From Mytilus edulis (lineage: Eukaryota), in NCBI RefSeq assembly GCF_963676685.1, contig NC_092348.1:46872001-46936000 (forward strand): 64,000 nucleotides of DNA. Reading direction: 5' to 3'. The notes under the pieces are model-generated. The model saw only the letters and a list, made by a program, of their open reading frames with translations. It was not told the DNA's origin and searched no databases. This document shows, piece after piece, positions 53,170-64,000 of the stretch. A program made the position numbers and the translations under genes. Position 1 is the stretch's first letter. Every line of letters starts with the position of its first letter.

Positions 53170-53410
53170 CACAAACACCATACACCATTACACCATTCAC
53201 CATACACCATGACACTATGCACCCTGTGCCGTTACACAATAAACGTTACATCTTTGCTTCATACACCTTCCACATAACACTGATTTTTTACAGAGATATT
53301 GCTGTCATACACATTATACCATTATCCCCTTTCACCATACACCATAGCACCATAGCACCATACATCTTCTACCTTTGCACCATATGCCATACATTATTAC
53401 ACCATACAGG
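53170..53410. repeat. Degenerate (CACCATA)n low-complexity repeat
   Basis: Repeated caccata/caccatt; accounts for ORFs 52982-53239 and 53109-53537. Confidence 0.75.
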
Positions 53411-53812
53411 TTTTTGTTTAAAGATTTATCCCATACAAGAGCTATTTATAAAGGAATATGCCATTAAGGCATTACGTTGGTCTTGGTTATACTATATTCA
53501 AAACCCTATTATTTTGATTTCAAACAGGCTAATATAGTTTAACCTTGTTTGGTCTGCTGTTCGTTCTTATGATTTTGATAGCTTTAAAGGTTTAATATTT
53601 CTTTTTATGTTTTTATTATCTATTATCTTACGGATTTTCGTTGCATTTTGATGCATTTGTGAGGCATATTATTTCTTAAAAAACTTTGATTAGACATTTC
53701 TGCCAAAAAAGATATATCAGAAGCAAGACATGCAAGATGTATATTCTAACAAAATATAACTATGGCCTTCTATCTAACTGATATTGCTTTAATCAATAAT
53801 TATCAAAAAAAA

Positions 53813-54460
53813 TGCACAAGGTCATGTTTTTCTCTGACTGTTTATGACGTCTTTACACTGAACCCATTGGATGTTGGATGTGAACGCATTGATAATTTAG
53901 TCTTAGATGCATGATTTTTTTATTAGCTGTTAGTGGCTTTGAACTAGCTGTCAGATAACTGCGAGTAGTCTCAGATCTGTTCCTAGTGTCTTGTTGTTGT
54001 CGGGATGTACAAGTCACCGTCTACGTCCACTTGTATATTTGTCCATCTGATGAGTTCAGCCTTTTTCAACTGATCTTTATAGTTCGTTCTTATGTTGTAC
54101 TGTTATACCACTGTCCCAGGTTAGGGGAGGCTTGGGATCCCGCTAACATGTTTAAACCCGCCACATTATGTATGTATGTGCCTGTCCCAAGTCAGGAGCC
54201 TGTAATTCAGTGGTTGTCGTTTGTTTATGTGTTACATATTTGTTTTTCGTTCATTTTGTTATATAAATAAGGCCGTTAGTTTTCTCGTTTGAATTGCTTT
54301 ACATTGTCATATCGGGGCCTTTTATAACTGACCATGCGGTATGGGCTTTGCGCATTGTTGAAGACCGTAAAGTGACCTATAGTTGTTAATTTCTGTGTCA
54401 TTTTGGTCTCTTGTGGACAGTTGTCTCATTGACAATCATACCACATCTTCTTTTTTATAT
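53813..54460 (+). mobile_element. Interspersed repeat family A with mutated twister at 54108-54213
   Basis: ccactgtcccagg...gggatccc...aacatgtttaa...cctgtcccaagtcagg...cagtgg. Older copies at about 16828-17463 (-), 18590-18830 (+), 28230-28450 (-), 49265-49710 (+) and 55870-56100 (+). Confidence 0.85.
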
Positions 54461-54904
54461 ATAGTGTTCCTTTATTTGTCTTTATTAATAATACTTTTAC
54501 TGTTAAGACTGTTTTGGTGATATACATTTGACGTGGCTCTGTTTTGGTGCGTCCCGGTTTTGTGTTGTTTGTCTTATCTTTCATTTTTGCATGTGTGCTT
54601 TGCTTTGTCCGTGTGACTTTTTGTGATTCTTTGATATATATGACGTGACTCTGTACTTATCTTATCTTATATCTCTGCCTAGACGACGTTTACATTCTGA
54701 CGTCAAACGCACGATTCTACGTGAGAGTTAATTTTAATCTAGACATTCAGTCCGGGTATTTAAAAATTTTCAATGCTTTATGGGTGGATTTCACATACAA
54801 AAAATTTAAAAAAAATAAGAAAGCAATGAATGAGGTTGTTGAATTTAATATACTCTTTTTTATTCTTCTTTGTTAAACTTTTGTTTGTTTTTATAATGAT
54901 AAAG

Positions 54905-55195
54905 ATTAAAACACAAGGTTGACTGTAGTATCCCTTTATTTTACCTTTATATGTATTATTTCTGTTTGTTTTGTTTACGCATCGTTGTCAATATAATGTA
55001 ATTTAATGCGACTTTCATACAAGTGATAGGTTTAAGCTAACTATAAAATCACCCTTTTCTACATTAGAAAATGCCTGTACCAAGTCAGGAATATGACAAT
55101 AGTTATCAATTCGTTTGATTTTGCAATTTGATTAGGGACCTTCCGTTTTGAATTTTCCTCGGAGTTCAGTTTTTAGGTGATTTTACTTTTTTTTT
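54905..55195 (+). mobile_element. Interspersed repeat family C with degenerate twister-like core (also about 25385-25545 and 31020-31215)
   Basis: tcata...AGGT...ACC-cttttct acatt agaaaatG-CCTG-TACCAAGT-CAGG-aatatga; three mutually similar copies in the window. Confidence 0.65.
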
Positions 55196-56142
55196 TAAAG
55201 GTGTTTCACATGACAAGGAATTGCATTTGAATCTAACCCATCGATACTACTGGCTTAAAATTATGATTTCTCTTAAAACACTTTTAAGCAATTGTTTTTA
55301 TAAGTACACATCAATACCGGCCTCAATCTTTTTAGATTATTTTGATTGGTCCAGCAGTTAACAAATAAATGTTCATCTTAAAATTGGAAGATTGAAGATT
55401 AATGGCCTATTATATGGATGTTTAAAATCGGTTACCCACTTTGCGTACGTGTAGGTTTTTAAGGTTTATGAACCTTTTCATGGGATGTTTGATTATATGA
55501 TTATGTGATTACTTGGACGTATTTAATTGGTCATATGATTACTAATCTAAATATTTCTTGATTATTTGATAATCACAGTCTGTTTTCTGATAAATTTATT
55601 CATGAGTTTTGAAAAAAGTAAGAAGATATTTATGATAACTTCATAGGAATACCTATGTATGTTTCAAACATATGACGATGAAAACAAATTGTTGTGAATA
55701 GGAAAATCAGTTTGGCAAGTAAGACGTCATTATTCTTTAAAGATTTAAATCTTATGTTTGAACGCGCCCGTAACGCAGGGTTTTATATTTGGAGATAACT
55801 TACTAACTTCTTTAATAAAGCGTGTTATAGTAATATTAGATCTACACTCAGTGTGTTTTGTTGTTTATACACAGCCACGTTCACTCTGTGTTTTTGATAG
55901 ATGTGTTTCTATTTGTATCCATCTGCTGAGTTTAGCCTTTTTAAACTAATTTTTATACTTCGTTCTTATGTTGTACTATTATACCACTGTCCAAATTATA
56001 GGGAGGATTGGAATCTACCTAACATGTTCAACCCCGCCACATTATGTGAGCATGTTACTGTCCAGAGTCAGGAGCCTGTAATTCGGTGACCGTCGTTTGT
56101 TGCTGTGATGCATTTTTGAATGTTGTTACTTTTTGTACATAA

Positions 56143-56713
56143 TAGATATCAAAGATACCAGGCTTATGATTTGATACACCAGACGCGCGTTTGTCTATAT
56201 AAAACTCATCAGTGACGTTCATATCAAAACATTGAGAAAGCCAAACAAGTATAAAGTTGAAAAGCATTGAGGACCTTAAATCCCAAAAAGTTTAGCCAAA
56301 TAAGGCTTAGGCAATTTATGCCTTGAATAAGAAAATCCTTAGTATTTCGAATAATTCATGCTTTTGCAAACAGTTAATTTAAGTTAAAAAATTACCATAT
56401 AATGGTTATTCATGTTAACACAGAAGTCCTGACTACTGTGCTGGTTATACCCTCAGGCAATAAACGTTCACCAGCAGTGGCATCGACCAAGCGGTGTAAA
56501 TAGTTAACAAATGTACCAGGCTTATTATTTGATACGTCAGACACGCGTTTCGTCCACTTACGACTCATCAGTGACGCGTTTAGATAATAAAAGTTAGAAA
56601 GCCAATCAAGTATAAAGTTGAAAAGCATTAAGGACACACAATTTCAAAAAGTTGTGCACATTGCGCCAAATACGGCTAAGGTAATATATGCCTGGGATAA
56701 AAAAAATTCTTAG
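56143..56713 (-). mobile_element. Older retrozyme-like tandem, period about 358 bp
   Basis: Collinear with 23464-24057. The hammerhead near 56182 has lost the G of GAAA; the one near 56540 is intact. Confidence 0.85.
56534..56577 (-). ncRNA. Minimal type I hammerhead ribozyme
   Basis: gcgtca-CTGATGA-gtc gtaagtg gac-GAAA-cgcgtg-TC-tgacgt; 6 bp stem I. Confidence 0.85.
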
Positions 56714-59538
56714 CACGGTCTTCAAGAATGAGAAATCCAAATACCGTATACTAATAGTCAGGTATAAAATTCACCGATTTGGAAATAATAAAAAAAGCTA
56801 CAAACATTGAACAACTGCCGGCTGACTTGGGAAAGGCCCGTAATGTATTCGGCGGAGTACAGTTTTCATTTGGAAATTTTTTTAAATCTTATTCTAGAAG
56901 TTCTAATAATTTTTAATTTGAATTGAGTTTCAAAGTTCAACACGGATTAAACAAATTGCAATGTTATCACAAACACGGTCAAAGTAAAACATTATCACGA
57001 TAACAGTAAGTGTTGTTGAATTTGTTAATTTATTTGAATTTGGAAGGTTCTGAACTAAGTTTGACCATAAAGTGTGTTTGATATCGGTACGGAAACATAT
57101 CTGCTATTAAAGGGGAGCAATTTGCGCCCATGGAAATACCAATTACATAAGACGACAAATTTTATTCTACTAACGTTCATAAATGTTGTCAGAATATGTA
57201 AGTCTTTACTCATGTCATCACACCTCCGGTACTAGTATATCAATCATATGAACCTCAGTCTTTTATTGATAAAAAAGGCTTTATTAATGTTGCAGCAACT
57301 AAAAAAGCGATCACATTTATCAAACGAACATCTTATTATATAAGAAAATGTTTACCACTCCAAACTGGTTAATTCTACTTTTTTTCAAATGTTGTATTAG
57401 AAAAATCATCCTGGGAGAAACAATAGCATATGTATTTTTTACTGGTTGAGGAATAGTTGTGTATAATTCTAATGTAAGAATGATTTTATCATCTTCCTCC
57501 TCAAATCTTCAAACTAAAGTGTTCCTAAGAGAGAAGTCATTTGATTTTCTTGGGTGGAGTGGGGCAGGGATCAATACCCCAAGTTAATCTTTTTTATTTA
57601 CCCAGAGCAGTAAGTTAGTTTATTATCATGACCAATCACAAACACAATATTTTTTTCGGCATATGGAAAATTTCCTTTACACTTTGTGTTGTTTTTCTTA
57701 ACTGTTATTATAATTCTAGTGTATATGGAATTACCTTATTTGTTACTTGTACATGTATTTGATAAGCCACATTGGTATATATCTTGCTTCTCGCCTGACT
57801 ATTTAAAGGACTATGAGAGCTTTGATCGTCATTTTTCGTCTTTTATAGAACAGGTTGACAAGATATGTAAATGATTAAAGCAATGACAAAAAGAGTTCAG
57901 GCACATGCAATGCACAAAAACATCCCTATCTCACCACATGTTCTCTAACAGTCGGCTCTGAATGGCGAAAACACAATAAAAGCAATCAAATCCAGGGACC
58001 CAGACACAGGTCGAAATGATAAATTAAAAACCAAAATTCACAACTAGACGCATCAATTACCATGCAACATTTAGCTCTCTGTAATAATTTCATATTCTTC
58101 ATTACAAAAATCAATATTTTGAGCTATTCACAACAATTTATTTCTTCGAATGTTTTCAAACTTACTATGGTTAATAATTTGTTAGTCATTATTTTGTAAG
58201 TATTAGTTGATAAATTTTGAAACTGACCGATTTTATATTGTGTGTGCTTTTATAGAAGTGCTGATGTCTGTGTTTTTCTTCTTTTTTTTTGTATTAAAGA
58301 TTTTCCTGATTGTTAACTGTTAAAATATGTGGTTATTTCAATTTTAAACTTAATATGAACATGTTGATATTATATTTTTTTTAATTTGCAGATATGAACA
58401 ATTTAAATGCTATTGCCATATAGTTAAATCATGAGTAAAATTTGTTTATTAAGATCGTCTATTATAAAACTAATACATAGGTCCATTAAACAATAAAAGT
58501 TATATTTAAGCAAACACCTAACATTATATAATATCTCGTTGCGATTTTCCGCACATTTATTTTGTCATAAAGCATTTATTATCATATGGTTATAATGATT
58601 CTCGTTCTCGTGTACTTGGACATCGAAAGCTTTCATATTTTTGAAGTAATTTATGCATTGGATAACAAAAAAACCTTAGTATTTCGAATAAATCGCATAA
58701 AGTAAAGTTATAAAAATGACCAAATAATTGAAGCTTTATCTCTAAAAGTGCTTAGAATATATAAAAGGTCAAACTTTATATAGTAGTCATTTGTGTGTAT
58801 CATTTGAGAGTTTATGTAGTGAGTATAATATGCGAGTTTATGTAATTTGTATTATCTGTAACTGTAATTACAAACCTGCTCGTGCATTTTTCATTGTTAT
58901 TCAACGCAAATTTATTTTCTAAGATACCTCGGACGATCTTATTTCACAAAGCATTTCTATTATCTACTTATTGTACCTCGAACTTATTTACCCGATGTAG
59001 CTCTTTAAGTTGAAGTTCAATTCAATAAAAGTTAATCAGGCATGACTAATTAGATACGCCCTCTTAAAATCAGGGGGCCCGAAATAGGATTGGGAAAAAC
59101 ACCCAGCAAAATACCTTAATTTACCATTTCAAGAATTTGTTTGATACAAATTTTTGCTTAAATATCTTCGATCAATAATCAGGCGGTATTTTGTGGAAAT
59201 AAATAACCTGTCCCGAACCGGGAGATGTTGACTGCAATAGGAATTAATTTATAAAAAAGTCCATATCTCATTTACTTATAGTGGCCGTTATTGTTTGTAA
59301 ATTCATGACGTTTTGTATATGACATTCGTCTATCGTGGAGAAAAAAGGAAGAGGGCTTTATAACTTACGAGTTCGATCATTATTGTTCAAATCTATTCTA
59401 TTACGGCATACGTTTTACCTCTAGCGAACGCTCTGTCTTATTGTAAAAAGTGCCACTCTAAATTTGTGAACATTTGCTTCAAATTGATCCACTTTGAATC
59501 TAGTCGTGAATACGCATGACATATTTGCCACTGGACAC

Positions 59539-59856
59539 AAAAGAGGGACGAAAGATACCAAAGGGACAGTCAAACTCATAAATCTAAAACAAACTGACAA
59601 CGCCATGGCTAAAAATAAAAAAGACAAACAGAAAAACAATAGTACACACGACACAACATAGAAAACTAAAGAATAAACAACACGAACCCTACCAAAAACT
59701 AGGGGTGATCTCAGGTGCTCCGGAAGGGTAAGCAGATCCTGCTCCACATGTGGCACCCGTCGTGTTGCTTAAGTGATTACAAATCCGGTAAATAGTCTAA
59801 TTCGGTAGGTCATATTCATTAAAGGGAAGGGGATTGTAGTTACCACGTAAGGAACA
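59539..59856 (-). mobile_element. Well-preserved 3' UTR fragment of the same Penelope-like family
   Basis: Reverse complement aligns to 21070-21389; this explains the recurrent spurious ORF ...LAMALSV...LVSFVPLL. Confidence 0.88.
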
Positions 59857-61084
59857 AAGGAGCAATAAATTAATCAGCTTCATTTAGTGATTTTTATATA
59901 TTTTATTTTTATTTACATTTGAATTTTTAGGCGTAAATCTTGCATTCCTTCCATCATTTCTCTCTTTGCATTTAATCTTTTTTTTTAATATTAAAAAAAC
60001 GTTGTCGTAGTACACATCAGGGGTTACATTGTATAATTTCCAGCAAAACTAACAGGGAAGGGACTACATCAGAAAAACAATCTTCATTGAGTGGCAATAA
60101 CTCATATATTGAAGCATACAATGACGGCTCCCTCGTCTAGGTGACAACATTTGCTGTTTGAAGTTTATTTATATCTCAGACTGGTATAATAGTTGTCATA
60201 AAAGGGGAAAAAATGATAAAAAAGGTTGACAACAATTTATAAAAAAGATTCAACTTATTTTGAGCGTTTTATTTTTTTTTTAATATTGTCTTGCTAATCG
60301 GTTTTGTTTTATTTTTTTTCATCTACTATTGTTCTAGCAAAAGTCACAAAAATGTTGTTAAAATCAGCCATGCGACTTATAATTAGTTAAAAAGATTAAG
60401 CTGACTTTACTTGTTGTTTACACATTTCAATCATTCAACTCGTGTGTAGATCATCTTTTCCTCTAATGTTTTTTTTTAAGGTTAAGATAGCTTGGAATTC
60501 TCACTGCACCAGGCATCTGATATACATTCCTATTATATTTTGATCGGACAAAGCTGCGTATTTATATAACCAATAAGCCAAACGAACGCATCCATTTAGC
60601 AAGGGTGAGGTCTAGAGATGTAAATAATTCTATACCCAAGCAAATATTGGTTTTGAATAAAAGGAGATAAAGGTATACATTAATGCGACAGCAACCCAAA
60701 GACACAGATAAATAAAAATATTTAGAGTCTTTTTTTTTTATAGAACATTCCGTGTACAGAATAATAAGCTCAAAACCGACTCATGACTAAATAATAGTTA
60801 TACGGAGTTAATTCAATATTTTCCGTCAAATATTGTATATCCGAAAAGGCACATTTGATTTACTATAATTATTTACCGTGAAAGATAATAATCCCAACAC
60901 TTCACTGTATAATAAAACGGTAAAATAAATAATGATAATGGATGACGACCAGCGGCGAATAAAATTAATATTCAGGACGATTACGTAAAATATAATAAGA
61001 GCATTAACCCCGTTTTTTACTAGACTGACAAGCTGAGTCTTTTTTTTATCGTGTAAGTTCACAAGATATTAGTTCGAATGAAGA

Positions 61085-61275
61085 AAAGTCACCCGACCAG
61101 GACACATTTCCGACGCTTAGCCGGCCAGTCTGTGCTCTTACTTTATGATGCCACGTGTTAAGCGTTGAAATAGAATACCAATTTAACTAACGTCTTTGTT
61201 TGACCCGTTCGGGATTCGAACAAATTTAATTACCTCCCGCTCTCGAGGCGAACGCCCCCACACGAGACCAACCAG
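61085..61275 (-). mobile_element. tRNA-derived SINE (Meta-like), degenerate
   Basis: Minus strand has B-box gttcgaatcc, then ggtcaaacaaagac...aaattggtatt...aagagcacagactgg. Confidence 0.6.
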
Positions 61276-62429
61276 GAGAGCAGTAGTGATCGGTAGTACA
61301 GAATATCATACCAAAAACTAAAGTACAATACACAATACAGTTTCACAGAATTCTCACAGTTACTAAAGCGAGCTAAAAGTATCTAACCTAAATTGGATGC
61401 GTGAAATGATATTGTAAACTACACGTAAACATGGATGATCGACTTCAGGGTAGATTTTATGAATCAAATTAAAAACTCTTGCACCTTTTGTACGAACTAC
61501 CTATTGTATTTAAAATTTATGTGTTATAGTCATTCACAGGCATGAAATATTTGCTACTGGACTTAAAGCAAACAACAATCAATCAATTTGATTAATATCT
61601 CTGTTACAGTACTAGTACTTGGCACACAAAGACAAGATCTTGTAAAATGCTATAATTTACAATTTTCATTTAAATTTTTATGTTGTTTTGGTTTTTTTTG
61701 TTGTTTTTTTTTGGGGGGGGGGGAGGGGGGGTCTCTTCAGTTTATCACATAAATGGCTGCTTATTCAAAAGTTTTAGATATTTTTTTACTATTGTTCTTG
61801 TCTAATGTTTAAATACGATTTATAACATATGATTTTTTTTGTCAGGCAAGGATAAAACTAAGAAAGATAAAAGTTTTTTTCATGTGTTTTTGCTTCATTT
61901 AGACACGAAAAGTGAATAACGGACGACTAAATTAAAGTGTTTGTTTTCATATAGTATATTGAACTTGCGAATATATCTCACCCAACACGTTTTGATCGGG
62001 ACAGTGAAACCTAGTTCAATACGTTTTTATTCATTGAAGTTTGAATGCATAGTTCTTATTTAAAAAAAAAAACACAAATAAAGCAAGATCTATTAATTGA
62101 TTGGACTGAATAGACAACACTAATTATTTTGCATTCGCATGTATCTTAATGTAGGAAAATTACCAAATCAGAAACAAAAGGAACATTTGCCGGATGAATA
62201 TTGTGAAGGACCTTATGCATCTAGGAATGTCCGCTTAAAAGTTCTTAAACAAGCTGTTTAAAAAGTTAATTGTTGGAAGAGTTTACTTACTGTTTTCTAA
62301 GGTCTGAAGAGATTCTATTTCATGATTACTGACAGATCAAAAACATCAAGTATATATAGCATGAAGTTGTTGGGCATAATATTCATTGGTCAGTTATAAA
62401 TGAGGTCTGTACGGGGGTTTTGATTGCTG

Positions 62430-62844
62430 ATTTATTAAATAAGAAATCGTTATTTTGAAAAGTTGGCTAAAAAATATAAATTTACCCCCTAATTTTGTAA
62501 AACTATCATTTGGTGTTATTTAGATGCTATTTTTTTATCATAAATAAATAATTATATGATGTAATGCCATTAAATTGGTCCGTTTTCATTTCAATTTGGT
62601 AACTGTTAATTGTGTATACCAGTCTGAGTACTGTTTAACTATCATTTAAGTTAAACATATTTAGACTCGTCCAGTTCAGGGGAATTAGGTTTCTGCAAGT
62701 GCTTTTTATGTACTTTTCATATATTTTTGACGGTTTGTAAGTCAGTAAAAGTTCAATGATTCGGGCTCGGGGATCTGAACAACCCTTTTCGTTCGGAGGC
62801 CTTTTAATATCAATATTAACTTATCATTGAACTTTTACTATTAC
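62430..62844. mobile_element. Copy of the 681-1157 element with most of the left hairpin arm deleted
   Basis: Collinear; about 61 nt (1014-1074 equivalent) missing at a tt microhomology. Confidence 0.88.
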
Positions 62845-64000
62845 ATAAAACATATCAAACATACCCAGTATTCATACCTCCCGGCATAATATTATCGTGC
62901 TATGGTAATGTTTTCTTGTCTTAATGTTTTGCCTTTGTAATTTGTCTATCGAGTTCTGCATACCATTATATTTTTAACACAGTTGTGTTAACATAGTTGT
63001 TTGTTTTATGATGTCAAAAATGATAAAATAATGTTAACTGTAATGCCCTAATTGTAGATATTGTTACCTATTATGGCTGTTTGTTTTGTTCACAAATGGT
63101 TAAATACTAGTAACCGACATTTTTTTTTTTTTTAATTAAACACATTATTTTCAGAACTTTATTAAATAGTAATGCTCATCAGCCAGTTATATATAGAATA
63201 CTATTACGTCGAACTATAAAATACTACATGAAGATATATTCAACAAAAATGAACAACAAAATACCTGTGTATATCTTACCTATATATCAATGTAGCAATA
63301 TATCATTGATTACAAATAAAAAAAAATTAACTTGAGGTAATAAGTAAACGTGCATGCAGATGTTTTAATAGAAACATTGGAATCAACGAATTATGTTTTT
63401 AATAAATTAAGAAAAATCATGAAATGTGTCTAAATTAACAGCTTTTTACAACTAAATGACGAAGCAACCATACGTTCGCTAAAAAATAAGAAAAAAAACG
63501 TACATTACAGCAAATTATAACTCATTTCACACATAAAATGTAAAGGTCTAATTTATGCAGAAAAAAAATAAGCAAAAAAAATGTATGATATACATAAACA
63601 ATGAACTACTTCTGAATAACAGCATATTAACTTGTAACAGACACAAACACAAACGGTTTTTACACTTCATGTGCCTTTCTAATTAAAGAAGAAAAGAGGT
63701 TATAAAAATGTCATTCGGAAAAAATGTTTGTAACTATAATAATAACACATTTCAAAGCAATGTGACCTGTGTTCCTTTACCACTTTATCTTGCGTACATT
63801 TCTGAAAAAAAAGATACAAATTACAGTGATAAGTACTTCACCGTCACGTAAACGAAATCATTTTTTTTCAATCCTAATGAAAAAAACTAAATCTGAAACG
63901 TACCATCACATTTAAATATTTTGTGAACAGTTATAACAGGCACACCTCTATTTTGACATATATCTTAAAACATTCAACCCATATTAAATTTTAAGTGCTA

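Noticed and set aside
54047-54075. CTGATGA word in family A (also at 1289)
   Set aside because: No stem II followed by GAAA, so it is not a hammerhead.
59421-59756. Recurrent hydrophobic ORF (also 21115-21393 and 38848-39157) resembling a membrane protein family
   Set aside because: It is the T-rich non-coding 3' UTR of a Penelope-like repeat.
59700-59760. HDV-like ribozyme reading (gggtgc/gcacct with G-U at position 1)
   Set aside because: L3 is too short, and there is no GG for P1.1 and no P4/J4-2; kept only as an unclassified structure.
61200-61275. tRNA gene
   Set aside because: Only a B-box remnant with an insertion, no cloverleaf, and followed by a SINE body.
681-62844. Direct repeats at both window ends as LTRs or boundaries of one giant element
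   Set aside because: No TG..CA ends, target duplication or internal retroviral genes; best explained as two copies of a dispersed repeat.

Overview
This is AT-rich, repeat-dense animal DNA. The repeat repertoire (hammerhead retrozyme-like tandems, a Helentron-type HINE, Naiad-like Penelope elements, Meta/CORE-like SINEs) suggests a bivalve, probably Mytilus-like; that is an inference. One spliced protein-coding gene can be built on the + strand (14618-43350). It has a leader exon, a Cys-rich N-terminal Ig-like exon, eight further one-domain Ig exons, a transmembrane exon and a short tail ending PVYTNMNI*. All confidently placed introns are GT-AG and phase 1, giving at least 923 aa. An orphan paralogous promoter plus leader exon lies 9.5 kb upstream. 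The rest is transposons and repeats. The most interesting signal is RNA structure. A textbook twister ribozyme core, in the P5-open permutation, sits in the 3' UTR of a probable Penelope-like retroelement fragment (26196-26286, - strand). The same core recurs with compensatory changes in two other repeat families in the window, and in each case stem P1 is replaced by two adjacent palindromes, suggesting a dimer-forming twister. Tandem 355-358 bp units carrying minimal type I hammerheads (retrozyme-like) and a second hammerhead family are also present. Most ORFs in the supplied track are spurious. All alignments and folds were done by eye.
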